DNA from: a virus | Virus record (IMG/VR): IMGVR_UViG_3300037755_000757 | Location: 952 to 64,951 of that record | Reading direction: 5' to 3' (one strand) | DNA length: 64,000 nucleotides | Part shown: positions 36,291-45,743 of the stretch, piece after piece | How positions within the stretch are numbered: the stretch's first letter is position 1 | How the letters are laid out: each line of letters starts with the position of its first letter | Position numbers and translations under genes: made by a program | Notes under the pieces: model-generated | The model's input: only the letters and a program-made list of their open reading frames with translations | Told to the model about the DNA's origin: nothing | Databases searched by the model: none

Positions 36291-37285
36291 AGCCCAAGGA
36301 ACTCCTCGTACCGCGGTCCGATAATTTTCGGATCGTGTTTCTCTAAACTTCTAAATCCACCCTCAACGATGCATTCACTCTCAATGTCGTCCATCTGCAT
36401 CAGATGCTCGGCCAGAGTTTCACCATCTTCGACAACAGTGCAGTTCTCCCCATCCTGCATGTCATCATCATATTTACCATACTGATCAGTGTGACCACCA
36501 TGAATCCATTCTTCATTAATGATCACATGACAGCCTGCATCCCAAGCTTCAAGAAACGAGTACTGTGTCCCGCCTCCGTCTCCCTTGATAACAGACATAT
36601 CACACGCAATGCGAGCTTCGGAGAGCAATTCGTAAGCAGCGTTTTCCGTACGGTCATAGTGATTGATAGACTGAACCCATTCAGGATAGTTCGGGCATAT
36701 CTTGAATCTGGTGTATAAGCGGTTTTCGAAGCCCCTGATGGTGATCTTCTTATCATCAGGTAGTAACCTGTTCGCGTCCAATAAGATATGGGTACGCTTG
36801 TCAAAGTCAATGCGACACGTACTTATGGCGAACACCGTTTTTTCGTGGGTATGTTCGTTTCCAAAACGGACATAGGGATGACGAATAAATGTAGCTCTCG
36901 GAAGCGCTCTCAGCGCTACCTTTCGTATCACAGCGCAGCGCTCGCCACCAGAGAGCTCGGGCAAATTTTTTAGCTCTGTTGGATCGTGAACAATCAGGTG
37001 AGCCCCGTTGTGATACAGAGTGCTAGTTTCGTTTCGGAAGTTTTTCGCACCCGCAACAATGATAGAAGGGTTCTTCTCAACCTGTCCGACAGCCACGCTA
37101 AGAGACACATTCTGATAGCGAAGTCCGTAACCGAAAGGACGTAGTGTCCGTTCGGTCTTCGGCCTCACCTTGAACAGCCGGACCTCGTGCCCTTGGGCTT
37201 CCAGGGTGCGGGCCAGATGATAGGTGTATGTGACCCATCCTCCGGTCGTGTTAGGACTAAGATAGTACAGATCTACTTGACTCAT
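36287..37285 (-). CDS. GT-B fold glycosyltransferase
   Basis: 'GGWVTYTYHL...GHEV' N-terminus; 'RIDFDK'; 'GGGTQYSFLEAWDAG'. Confidence 0.75.
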   Translation of the reverse strand: MSQVDLYYLSPNTTGGWVTYTYHLARTLEAQGHEVRLFKVRPKTERTLRPFGYGLRYQNVSLSVAVGQVEKNPSIIVAGAKNFRNETSTLYHNGAHLIVHDPTELKNLPELSGGERCAVIRKVALRALPRATFIRHPYVRFGNEHTHEKTVFAISTCRIDFDKRTHILLDANRLLPDDKKITIRGFENRLYTRFKICPNYPEWVQSINHYDRTENAAYELLSEARIACDMSVIKGDGGGTQYSFLEAWDAGCHVIINEEWIHGGHTDQYGKYDDDMQDGENCTVVEDGETLAEHLMQMDDIESECIVEGGFRSLEKHDPKIIGPRYEEFLGL

Positions 37286-38010
37286 CGCGCAAATATTCCC
37301 GTGGTTACTTTATAGAAACGATTTATTGTAGGCTCCTTGACAGCGTAGAACCCCATCATCAGCAAGTCATCCCAAAGCTCTTGGAAAGATCTTTTATCAC
37401 TGTCTCTAAGAAAATGAAATTCAAACGCCAAGAGTTCTACCGAGTTTGGTATCAGAGTCCAGTCAAGTTTATACTCATACCCTTCAATGTCACACTTGAT
37501 CATTAAAGGGTTTAGTCTCAAGAAGCGACTAAATGATTTTGCCTTGACAGTGATTTTCTCTCGCCCACGAACAGGTCTAGTGCTGTTCGAGGCTGGATTA
37601 ATTTTCCCAAGCCAAAGGTGAGATTCTCCGTCTTCCGTCGCAACGGCCACAGGCTGAATCTCATCAGCCTGTGTCAAGTTTTTCTCTAATATCCTGAGAT
37701 TATTTGGATCAGGTTCAACACATATGAAGGAATAGTCCCCGTCAGTTTTCTCGTGGCGAACATAGTTGGCGAACATTCCAGTATGAGCACCAAGATCCAG
37801 AATGGTTGCCTTCTCTGGAAGCTTTTCCACAGCTTCTTTCCATCTTTTTTGTCTAACCCAGACATCCATGTCAGTGGAACCTCTATGATAGAACTGTTCC
37901 TTGGCATTCCAGAGAATATCATGGCCAGATCTGGGATCGTCTAGGATTTTGTTGATATGTGTTCTCCCTGCGTCCGAAAATCTCATTGGCCATGTTCTCT
38001 TATTCCCCAT
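37282..38010 (-). CDS. FkbM-family SAM methyltransferase
   Basis: 'ILDLGAHTG...CVEPDPNN...IKCDIEGYE'. Confidence 0.9.
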   Translation of the reverse strand: MGNKRTWPMRFSDAGRTHINKILDDPRSGHDILWNAKEQFYHRGSTDMDVWVRQKRWKEAVEKLPEKATILDLGAHTGMFANYVRHEKTDGDYSFICVEPDPNNLRILEKNLTQADEIQPVAVATEDGESHLWLGKINPASNSTRPVRGREKITVKAKSFSRFLRLNPLMIKCDIEGYEYKLDWTLIPNSVELLAFEFHFLRDSDKRSFQELWDDLLMMGFYAVKEPTINRFYKVTTGIFAR

Positions 38011-39007
38011 CGCTCTTCTCCCAGGGGCGAAGTACAGGTTCTGTGAGTGGTCCGCTCTCGATCATAACCTGTATAGCTGCTCTGTCCCAATCATCAGCCT
38101 TAGGTAGTTCTAATTGTCCTTTATGGTCCGGAAGCAAACCAGGACGATAACTCTTATGATCACAGCCATTGCAAGCACCGACAGAACGATCTCCGTGATA
38201 CAGCATCTTCCTCATGGCATACATGCGAGGGTGATGCCAGATCTCATCAATGTCCAGCTCGTTTATATTTCCGACAGGCATGACACCGCGCCAGTCGTTA
38301 CAGCAGACGGCCACGCTACCATCCCACCGAAAACTGATTTCCCTGAACGGCTTGGCACAGCGATGCCCATCAGCATTGTTGTTCTTCGGAGCTCCAGCGC
38401 CGCAGTGGTTGCCCAGAGAGGCGTGTGTGCCCTTGGTGCTGACGTCTATCGGGCGTATCCACACGAGCCTTCGAGAGTTCTTACGTTGGTGCGGATTGGC
38501 GACGGGACCGTCATCAGGGTACTTGTAGACGCTCACCTTCTTGGTGAACAGATCACCAAGAAGAAAGGTGTCTTCTGCTTCCATCCACGCAGACTCAAGC
38601 TTCTCCCATATCTTCGGAACGAGCTTGATGTTCTGATATTCGTCCAGAGCCAGCGTGTTCAATCCAGCGTTGAACAGCGCGTCTATCTTGCCCAAGGAGT
38701 CGCCCTGAAGTCCTCCGCCGTTACTCTCCATGAGCATGTAGTTTCGCGGAAGATGCTCACGAAATATTCCAATGATTTCTGCGTGATCAGGATTCATGGT
38801 TGGCTCGCCGTGCATGGCGAACTCCAGCCGCGAATTCCAACCGCTAGTCTTCATGTCGCTCGCTATCTTGGAAGCCGTCTCCCTAGTGAGAAACTTGAAG
38901 TTGTGTTCTTTGCCGCGAATACCATTCAGCCCGCAAAACGAGCATCTTAGTTGACATCCCTCAGTCAGCTCGATCTGAACGCAATACGGTGGAGCCTGTC
39001 TGTACAT
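38000..39007 (-). CDS. radical SAM enzyme with SPASM/Twitch domain
   Basis: CxxxCxxC 'GCQLRCSFC', 'AMHGEP'; C-terminal 'CAKPF...VCCND...CNGC'. Confidence 0.9.
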   Translation of the reverse strand: MYRQAPPYCVQIELTEGCQLRCSFCGLNGIRGKEHNFKFLTRETASKIASDMKTSGWNSRLEFAMHGEPTMNPDHAEIIGIFREHLPRNYMLMESNGGGLQGDSLGKIDALFNAGLNTLALDEYQNIKLVPKIWEKLESAWMEAEDTFLLGDLFTKKVSVYKYPDDGPVANPHQRKNSRRLVWIRPIDVSTKGTHASLGNHCGAGAPKNNNADGHRCAKPFREISFRWDGSVAVCCNDWRGVMPVGNINELDIDEIWHHPRMYAMRKMLYHGDRSVGACNGCDHKSYRPGLLPDHKGQLELPKADDWDRAAIQVMIESGPLTEPVLRPWEKSDGE

Positions 39008-39683
39008 TCTTACTCGCCTTCTTAAAATAGATTACTGGTCGTCCGTTCGGCTTAACTCTAACGAATTCTGGCCACAGCGCTCTCAGTTCTTCAACATCCT
39101 GAAGAACATCCTCTCTCCAGTCCGAGCATCCACCCGGAGCGCCCTCCTTGTCATCCTGGGCGTAATCAGTGAGAACGGCTGTCTTCCCGCCGCGAGTTAT
39201 GACCTGAAGATGGAAGTCGTGATCCTCCCCTGTTTCCAGTCGAAAGCTCGGTTTCGGCTGTGGCAGTTTGTCGCGATTTATGACCATCACATGAAATATT
39301 TTGGAGAACTCTTTCATTAGTGGGGGTGCCGTGTTAATCATAAACCTAGGATGAATTCCTGTCAAAGCGTATCTGTTGCTCACCTCGTTCAAGCGACTTA
39401 TCAGCGTGCTTGTCGCGAACATATTAGTCAGACCACCTATGGACAGCTTACGAAAGAACCGCAAATCGTCGTCCATTATGGCGAACTTTGACTCTGAAGC
39501 TCTGTCCAAGATTAGCTGTCTCTTGGCTCTGATCTTTTCATCGGTAGTCTCAATCCAATCCCCAGAGTAATCCGGGGGCAGATCTTCACGCCTGCACACG
39601 AACGTTATGTCAGCAACTTCCTTGAAGAAGTCGTAGGTCAACTGCTGATACGGGCGAGACCGAGTCGGGATGTATATTCTCAT
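38961..39683 (-). CDS. GT-A fold glycosyltransferase, TAGT/GREB1/base-J-GT-like
   Basis: 'IYIPTRSRP...KRQLIL...FAIMDDD...EDHDF...GGCS'. Confidence 0.7.
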   Translation of the reverse strand: MRIYIPTRSRPYQQLTYDFFKEVADITFVCRREDLPPDYSGDWIETTDEKIRAKRQLILDRASESKFAIMDDDLRFFRKLSIGGLTNMFATSTLISRLNEVSNRYALTGIHPRFMINTAPPLMKEFSKIFHVMVINRDKLPQPKPSFRLETGEDHDFHLQVITRGGKTAVLTDYAQDDKEGAPGGCSDWREDVLQDVEELRALWPEFVRVKPNGRPVIYFKKASKNVQTGSTVLRSDRAD

Positions 39684-40141
39684 ATTTCACCTAAAGCATG
39701 GGTCTTGAACAAGGCTGGCTTCGCAACAAAGAATGTCACCATATAATATCCTGTACTTGTCGGTCCAACGATACCGTTTCCGGATGGATCATGGTATATT
39801 TCGCCGTCGCGACAGACAACGCAGTGATTGGCTCCTATTCTGCTTTTACCAGACAACAGATAAGCCACTCCAGGGGAGAACGCAGAAATGGTCAATAGTA
39901 TAGATTCATAGTCACTAGTATCATACGGAATATTCATTTCCTTAAGACCCAGTGGACCTAGGAACTTCCGCATCCTATCTTCTCGTTCTTCCCTATCTAT
40001 AGGACCATTCTGGCATCCCTCATAGATATGCGGAACATCTTCTACAGGGAGACCGAGAACCATAGCCATGCAGCAGCGAAAGCAGTCTCCCCACTTACCG
40101 TTCTCGGGATCATGCTGAATCGTGTTGTTTATTTTGTCCAT
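39680..40141 (-). CDS. papain-like (C39-like) Cys-His-Asp fold protein
   Basis: 'GDCFRCCMAMVLGL...NHCVV...HDPSG'. Confidence 0.55.
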   Translation of the reverse strand: MDKINNTIQHDPENGKWGDCFRCCMAMVLGLPVEDVPHIYEGCQNGPIDREEREDRMRKFLGPLGLKEMNIPYDTSDYESILLTISAFSPGVAYLLSGKSRIGANHCVVCRDGEIYHDPSGNGIVGPTSTGYYMVTFFVAKPALFKTHALGEI

Positions 40142-40470
40142 TTGTCCATCGTTCTTTGTTTTAAAGTTCCAAGTCTAACCTTGACAGGCACCAGTCTTCT
40201 GACCAGTCCGCCGTTCTGAACATGCGACAGCATCATGTTTGTGAGACCAGCCTTTTCGGCGTGAGTTGGCTTATACCATTCTACTCTGGCTGGAATATCT
40301 GCGAGTATAGGCTGAGGAACATTATAGAAAAGACTTCGCCCCTCCAAGCGACCACATAGAGGACACTGATCCATGAACGGTGTGACCCCGATATCAAGAT
40401 CGGCGGAGACCCATCCTCCGCCGCACGCATTACATAGATACACATTCTTACGAACAAACTTCTTCGCCAT
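40129..40470 (-). CDS. Zn-ribbon protein
   Basis: CNAC...TPFMDQCPLC. Confidence 0.6.
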   Translation of the reverse strand: MAKKFVRKNVYLCNACGGGWVSADLDIGVTPFMDQCPLCGRLEGRSLFYNVPQPILADIPARVEWYKPTHAEKAGLTNMMLSHVQNGGLVRRLVPVKVRLGTLKQRTMDKWTK

Positions 40471-40482
40471 TAGACACCATCA

Positions 40483-40884
40483 CTAGTGTTTTCCAAATCT
40501 ACACTCAAAATGCTGCTGTTTAGCTCTTTCAGATCTTCTTTTCCTTTCTTCCGGATCACTAGCTATTTCCTTTGCAGCTTTGCTCATTTTTAGTTTAGTC
40601 TCAGGTTTGTGTTTTCTTTTTGAGGAATGAAGAGATTTATGATCAGGGTCATTCATTAACCGTAGATTATCTAAATCATTGTTTTCTTTATTATCATCTC
40701 TATGATGAACAACTTCCCATCTCTCTAGTTTTCTTCCTAGTTTTTTCTCCATTCTGAGTCTATGCTGCCGAACCCATTTTCCGTTATGAAGTTCCATAAC
40801 ATATCCATGAGTTGAACAAACGTAAGTATCACCCTCATAACACTTACCTCTCCTCTTTCCGGCCATACGAGTTAGCACCCTCAC
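40483..40884 (-). mobile_element. free-standing HNH homing endonuclease (HNH + NUMOD3-like)
   Basis: 'QHRLRME...VVHHRDDNKENNDLDNL'; 'HKPETKLKMSKA'; visibly AT-richer than flanks. Confidence 0.85.
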
Positions 40885-41774
40885 CCTGAACGAAATCTAC
40901 TTCTTGGACGTCCCTGACCAAGCAATACACGCTGATACTTATCCCATTCACAAAGCTGAAACTGTATGTCATGAGGAGCCAACTTACCAAATTCCTCTGG
41001 CCAATAGTCGCCTTGGAAATCGCAAAGATCTCTTATGAGCGAAGCTGCCTTTACCTGAGAAATCTTGGTTCCAGGAGCTTTGGGATCATCATGCCCAAGG
41101 AGGCGGGCCGCGCCGCGCAACGCTCCGGGACCGATCGGGGTGTACAGTAGCCAGTCACTAGGGAAAGAAAAACCATCCACATTGACTGGTCCCCAAAATC
41201 CCGTATACATCGTGTCAAGAACTACTTCCTTGGCCATGAAACCGGTTCCACCAAACCCGACGACATTCTTCATGTGAGCGATAAGATCTTCCCACTTGTT
41301 CGTGGTTTCCACAACATGAATAAGTCCTGACAGAGCGTTAAACAGACCTTTGATGAAATAGTCCACAACAACGTTCTGCTTCGGTGCTGCTATGCCCTGA
41401 TTCGTTATTACGTAGGCTCCAGTGAAAACTCGCTGGCCTTCTGACAAGCGCGTTTTAGCGATGCTTTTGACTCGTTCCGGATCAAATAAAATTGGATCCT
41501 GCCAGCCGATAGCGCGTGCAAATTCGATAGTGCCGAAGTACCGAAACAGCGCGCAGTTCAGGAGTATCTCACTCTTGTCGCTGTTACTGTGGCGAGAGTA
41601 GAAATCTTCGATAAGCTCGCGGCTCGTGCGATCATGCTGGCGACGAACATTGGTGAATTTGTAAGCGGCCAAGATATCATCCTGGGTCCACGGAGCGGGC
41701 GAACCCGCCTCCCTTCGGAGGCGGATCCGTTCCCTTTCAGCCATAAAGCCGAAAAAGTCAGCGGCTTGCCGCAT
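40881..41774 (-). CDS. 5-hmdU DNA kinase (formerly aGPT-Pplase1 family)
   Basis: 'FMAERERI...PWTQDDILAAYKFTNVRRQHDRTS...FRYFG...QLCEWDKY'. Confidence 0.8.
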   Translation of the reverse strand: MRQAADFFGFMAERERIRLRREAGSPAPWTQDDILAAYKFTNVRRQHDRTSRELIEDFYSRHSNSDKSEILLNCALFRYFGTIEFARAIGWQDPILFDPERVKSIAKTRLSEGQRVFTGAYVITNQGIAAPKQNVVVDYFIKGLFNALSGLIHVVETTNKWEDLIAHMKNVVGFGGTGFMAKEVVLDTMYTGFWGPVNVDGFSFPSDWLLYTPIGPGALRGAARLLGHDDPKAPGTKISQVKAASLIRDLCDFQGDYWPEEFGKLAPHDIQFQLCEWDKYQRVLLGQGRPRSRFRSG

Positions 41775-42442
41775 TATGCGTCGGCCTTTTCGGCGTCAGC
41801 CTTGGCTTCGTCAGCCTTCTGCTTCTTGGCTTCGTCAGCCTTCTTCTTGGCTTCAAGACGATTCTCAACGCCGTTCTTCTTGCACCATTCGGCGTATTCG
41901 CGTTCGTACTCTTCCTGAGTCGGCTCGACCAGTTCCATGAGCTTGTAGACGACATAGTAGTGAACGTCGAGAGGCGTCATGTTGTCGCCCTCGGCGCAGT
42001 CCAGAAGAGTCATGCCGTCCTTGTAGTTTTCCCAACGGGCGATACGATAGCCGGTGCCAGGATGAGCAGCAATCTTCCGGATGCGACGGAACATCGCCTT
42101 GGTAGGATTTTCGACTTTCTGAGGAGCCGCAGACTTCGGCGTAGGACGAGGTTCCTTGGGCTTGGCTTCTTTCTTTGCCTTTGCCTTTTCTGCCTTTTCC
42201 TCAGGCTTGGCACGCTTCGCCTGGAGCTTGCTGAGGGCTTTCCAAGATGAATCAGCACCCTGCTGAGCATCCTTGAAACCTTTGATAGCCTGAACACCGA
42301 GCTGTTCAGCAACCTTGTTGCGAAGCGTCAAAAGCTCCTCAACACCCATGGCCTTGAGGCTTTCCTCAGTGTAGTTTTCACCCTGAAATTCAATAGTATC
42401 AGTCATTCTGGTTTCCTGTTCTGAGTTGAAACAACGCACCAT
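41774..42442 (-). CDS. Lys/Ala-rich putative DNA-binding protein (start probably 42406)
   Basis: KAKAKKEAKPKEP low-complexity basic segment. Confidence 0.6.
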   Translation of the reverse strand: MVRCFNSEQETRMTDTIEFQGENYTEESLKAMGVEELLTLRNKVAEQLGVQAIKGFKDAQQGADSSWKALSKLQAKRAKPEEKAEKAKAKKEAKPKEPRPTPKSAAPQKVENPTKAMFRRIRKIAAHPGTGYRIARWENYKDGMTLLDCAEGDNMTPLDVHYYVVYKLMELVEPTQEEYEREYAEWCKKNGVENRLEAKKKADEAKKQKADEAKADAEKADA

Positions 42443-42456
42443 CGCGCGTTAAATTA

Positions 42457-42485
42457 ACCTTAAAGCATCCTGGTCTTATCTGCAA
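42457..42485 (-). promoter_or_regulatory. promoter TTGCAG-N17-TAAGGT
   Basis: Hexamer spacing in the intergenic gap. Confidence 0.4.
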
Positions 42486-42491
42486 GAGCTA

Positions 42492-44285
42492 TTAATCACT
42501 GCACTCCCCTGTTATGGAACAGGCGATCACTTCTTCGCTTGGCTTCTTTTCAACAGCCTTGATGACATCCTCATAATTGCCGTTCGGGCGATAGGTGGTG
42601 CATCCTTTGCCTCCTCCGTTGAAAACTTTCCAGTAGATTTCTTTAAACTGATCGTATGGAAAATCGGTGGGAACGTTGCAGGTTTTGCTGACAGCAGAAT
42701 CAACGTTTCTTTGAGCAGTCACGATGACGTTGACGTGCTGATCAACACTGACATTCTGTGACAGTCTTCCCTCAATGCGGAGATTGCTGACACCGTAGTC
42801 TTCCACTTCTACGATCTCGGTTCCGTTTTTCATTATGACACGTCTCTGCTGCCTGTAGCCGAGCACAGGCTCTATTCCTGAACTGACGTTGTTGGCGCAG
42901 AAACTGATAGTTCCAGTTGGAGCTATAGAGGTGAGATGGCTGTTACGAATTCCTTTATTACGAATATAGTGCTGAACATCTTCGTCAAGAGTTTTAATGA
43001 ACGGACTCTCACAATATTGATCAGCGTCGAACAAGGGAAATGCTCCCTTTTCCATTGCTAGATCAGCACTGGCGAGATAGCAGTGGCGAGTAATAAACCT
43101 CTGGATCTTGTCCTGCAACGCGACGAACTCATCGTCACCATAACTCGGTCGCCCAAGGAGCGCCTCAACGGCGTTCGCCAGTCCGGTCACACCGAGGCCC
43201 ATGCGCCTCTTTTGCTTCGCCTCCTGGGCTTGCTGAGGGAGAGGATAACGTGATCTGTCAACGACGTTGTCCATAGCCCTCACAACGTGAGGGATATCCT
43301 CTTCCAACTGTTCCCAGTCAAATTCGTAATCCGGTTTGACAGGCTGACCTCCCCCTCCTGAAGCTCCTACATGGCGAAGATAAGCCGTCAAATTGAAAGA
43401 TCCAAGAAGACAGGCTCCATACGGAGGCAACGGTTGCTCGCCACACGGATTCGTAGCAGCAATAGTCTCACAATAATAGAGATTGTTCCAGTAGTTAATG
43501 CGATCAATAAAAAGAACACCGGGCTCGGCCCAGTCATACGTTCCTCTCATTATCATTTCCCAGAGAGCTACGGCGTCAATCTCTCGATACTTGCGACCAC
43601 CAAAGCGCAGAGCGAAAGGTCTCTCTGCGGCGACACATTCCATGAATTCGTCGGTAATACCGACACTGAAATTGAAGCCTGTGAAAGGCCGGTACTTGTA
43701 TGGGATATCCTTTGCAGCCTGCTTCGCTCTGACAAATTCTTCAATATCAGGATGATCAACCCGCAACACGAGCATCTGAGCTCCTCGTCTGTTTCCAGCT
43801 GAAGAGGTCGCCTGACACACGGCATTGTAGATCGGCGCGAACGCCATAGGGCCATCAGTGACAGATTGAACCGAGGCGATAGTGTCTCCCCTTGGGCGAA
43901 GAGTGCTGATATCGTAACCAACTCCCCCTCCCTGTCTCATGGTAGTCGCAGCGTCGACAGCCGTATGCATGATTGATCTTGGGGGATGCATTCCGTATTC
44001 CAGTTTCGCTATGTCACTGGCCGTCGGGCCATCAACGAAACTGTCATGAATAGTCGCCATCACGAAACAGTTGTACAGGGTCACATTCTTGAGTGATCCT
44101 GCTCCCGCCTGTACTCGCCCAGGAGGCAAAAAGCGCAATCCGGTCAGCGCTCGTCTGAAAGCCATATAGTGATCATGGTTATCCTGCAACGCGGAAGCAA
44201 TTCTATTGCAGCACTCCCTATGATCTTCACCTATTCCCCTGTATTTCTCGGCGTGAACCCTGTCAGATGCTTCACACATCACCAT
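42492..44285 (-). CDS. nrdJ: class II (B12-dependent) ribonucleotide reductase
   Basis: 'TLYNC', 'TNPCGEQPLPPYGACLLGSFNL', 'SIAPTGTIS', 'KGCTTYR'; no small subunit nearby. Confidence 0.9.
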   Translation of the reverse strand: MVMCEASDRVHAEKYRGIGEDHRECCNRIASALQDNHDHYMAFRRALTGLRFLPPGRVQAGAGSLKNVTLYNCFVMATIHDSFVDGPTASDIAKLEYGMHPPRSIMHTAVDAATTMRQGGGVGYDISTLRPRGDTIASVQSVTDGPMAFAPIYNAVCQATSSAGNRRGAQMLVLRVDHPDIEEFVRAKQAAKDIPYKYRPFTGFNFSVGITDEFMECVAAERPFALRFGGRKYREIDAVALWEMIMRGTYDWAEPGVLFIDRINYWNNLYYCETIAATNPCGEQPLPPYGACLLGSFNLTAYLRHVGASGGGGQPVKPDYEFDWEQLEEDIPHVVRAMDNVVDRSRYPLPQQAQEAKQKRRMGLGVTGLANAVEALLGRPSYGDDEFVALQDKIQRFITRHCYLASADLAMEKGAFPLFDADQYCESPFIKTLDEDVQHYIRNKGIRNSHLTSIAPTGTISFCANNVSSGIEPVLGYRQQRRVIMKNGTEIVEVEDYGVSNLRIEGRLSQNVSVDQHVNVIVTAQRNVDSAVSKTCNVPTDFPYDQFKEIYWKVFNGGGKGCTTYRPNGNYEDVIKAVEKKPSEEVIACSITGECSD

Positions 44286-44508
44286 AGTGGTATTCCTTCA
44301 AACTCTTAAGATCAGACACAGCCTTCTCAAGCACGGTGATGGCTTCGTCTAATTCGTGTTTATACAACTTCCTCTTAGTCAGCATATGGTTCACGTAGTA
44401 TAGTCCCTTACTCGCTTCAGAGTGAATGCGAGTCAGTGTACCCCCTACATTCTGACGATTGTCACCTTTTCTGCGGCTCTCGTTATCCCTGTGTAGAGCC
44501 ATCTCCAT
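44272..44508 (-). CDS. hypothetical protein
   Basis: Packed ORF. Confidence 0.45.
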   Translation of the reverse strand: MEMALHRDNESRRKGDNRQNVGGTLTRIHSEASKGLYYVNHMLTKRKLYKHELDEAITVLEKAVSDLKSLKEYHYGDV

Positions 44509-45647
44509 CTGTCCTTTCTGAAAACGTGAGCTTCGTCAAACAAGAGAACATTATCCCACTGGCTTCCCTGTGACTTGTGAACAGTCAGAGCATACCCGTA
44601 ATCAAACTCCTGAGCGTCCTTACGCTCGTACCATTGAAGTTCTTCGCTGCAACCAAGCATGTGATGCTCGTGCGCCAAAACTTCCTGAACGATCCTGCTG
44701 TTTTCACCACGAATAGACATCAAGATTTTTCTATCATCAACTTCTCCGACTTCCGCCACGTGAAATATGGCCCCGTTAAGAAGTCCTTCCTCGTGGTTAT
44801 TTCTTAAGCACACGAGTTTATCTTCGACTACCGGATACGGGCTCTCTCTGCCGAGCAGATTCCTGAATCGCTTGTTGCTTGCCGATCTGGTCTTATTTTT
44901 TCCAACCAAGATCTGGTCATAATCGAAGACCATTTCAGGATTGGCTTTTTCAATGACTCCACAATTTCCATAATCGCCCAAGGGGATGCTCTCCGCATTA
45001 CGGACTTTGGTCGCCATCCAGATTATCGGGCTCTCGCCTGCCTGTCGGTGAACCTCGGTCAGCATTACGTCAGGAGTCACGTTTTCGGTGAAGTATCCTG
45101 CTCCTCCAACTGGTGGTAACTGAGCAGGATCCCCGAGTACTAGCACTTTCGTGCCGAAGCTCAGGAGATCAAGAGCCATGTCTTGGTCAACCATAGAACA
45201 TTCGTCGATTACGACAAGCGAGGCTTCCTTGACAGCACTGTCCAGATTCTTCACAAAGAATGGTTGCTTCAGGTTGCTCTTTTCAAGTGATATCTCCTTT
45301 TGGATATCAACAATCTGAGGATGATCTTCATTATGTTTTTCAGATAATTCCTCTAGCTCTTTTTCAAGCTCCCTAAGTCTCGCGTCCCCCTTCTCGCGAG
45401 ACTTATATATGAGAGAGTGTATCGTTGTCGCACCCTCACAGCCCTTTGTCCGCATCACGTATGCGGCCTTTCCAGTATATGCACCGAACAGAACCGTGCC
45501 GTTAACATCCTGAGCAAATATGCGCGCCAAGGTTGTCTTACCCGTCCCCGCGAACCCGAATAGCCTAAACACCTGAGCCGCGTTGGGATCACGCAGCCAC
45601 TCACCAACTTTTCTTAACGCGTCTTCCTGTTGTGGAGACCAATCCAT
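44445..45647 (-). CDS. RecD/Dda-like SF1B helicase
   Basis: 'GFAGTGKTT', 'IDECSM', 'LGDPAQLPPV', 'YALTVHKSQGSQW'. Confidence 0.92.
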   Translation of the reverse strand: MDWSPQQEDALRKVGEWLRDPNAAQVFRLFGFAGTGKTTLARIFAQDVNGTVLFGAYTGKAAYVMRTKGCEGATTIHSLIYKSREKGDARLRELEKELEELSEKHNEDHPQIVDIQKEISLEKSNLKQPFFVKNLDSAVKEASLVVIDECSMVDQDMALDLLSFGTKVLVLGDPAQLPPVGGAGYFTENVTPDVMLTEVHRQAGESPIIWMATKVRNAESIPLGDYGNCGVIEKANPEMVFDYDQILVGKNKTRSASNKRFRNLLGRESPYPVVEDKLVCLRNNHEEGLLNGAIFHVAEVGEVDDRKILMSIRGENSRIVQEVLAHEHHMLGCSEELQWYERKDAQEFDYGYALTVHKSQGSQWDNVLLFDEAHVFRKDRWRWLYTGITRAAEKVTIVRM

Positions 45648-45671
45648 AAATCTATACTCACATGTTCTACT

Positions 45672-45720
45672 GAAATAAATGCTGACCGAGCTCCTGTGGG
45701 AGGAACAAACTCGGCCAGCA
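45672..45720 (-). terminator. terminator after the SSB-like gene
   Basis: 11 bp stem (G-U on minus RNA) then ATTTATTTC; extra 8 bp hairpin 45723-45743. Confidence 0.55.
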
Positions 45721-45743
45721 CCTTCTACGTCTAGAACGTAGAA

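Noticed and set aside
31837-44285. Inteins or introns in the polymerase or RNR
   Set aside because: Both ORFs are continuous, of ordinary length, and lack splicing motifs; the HNH gene is free-standing
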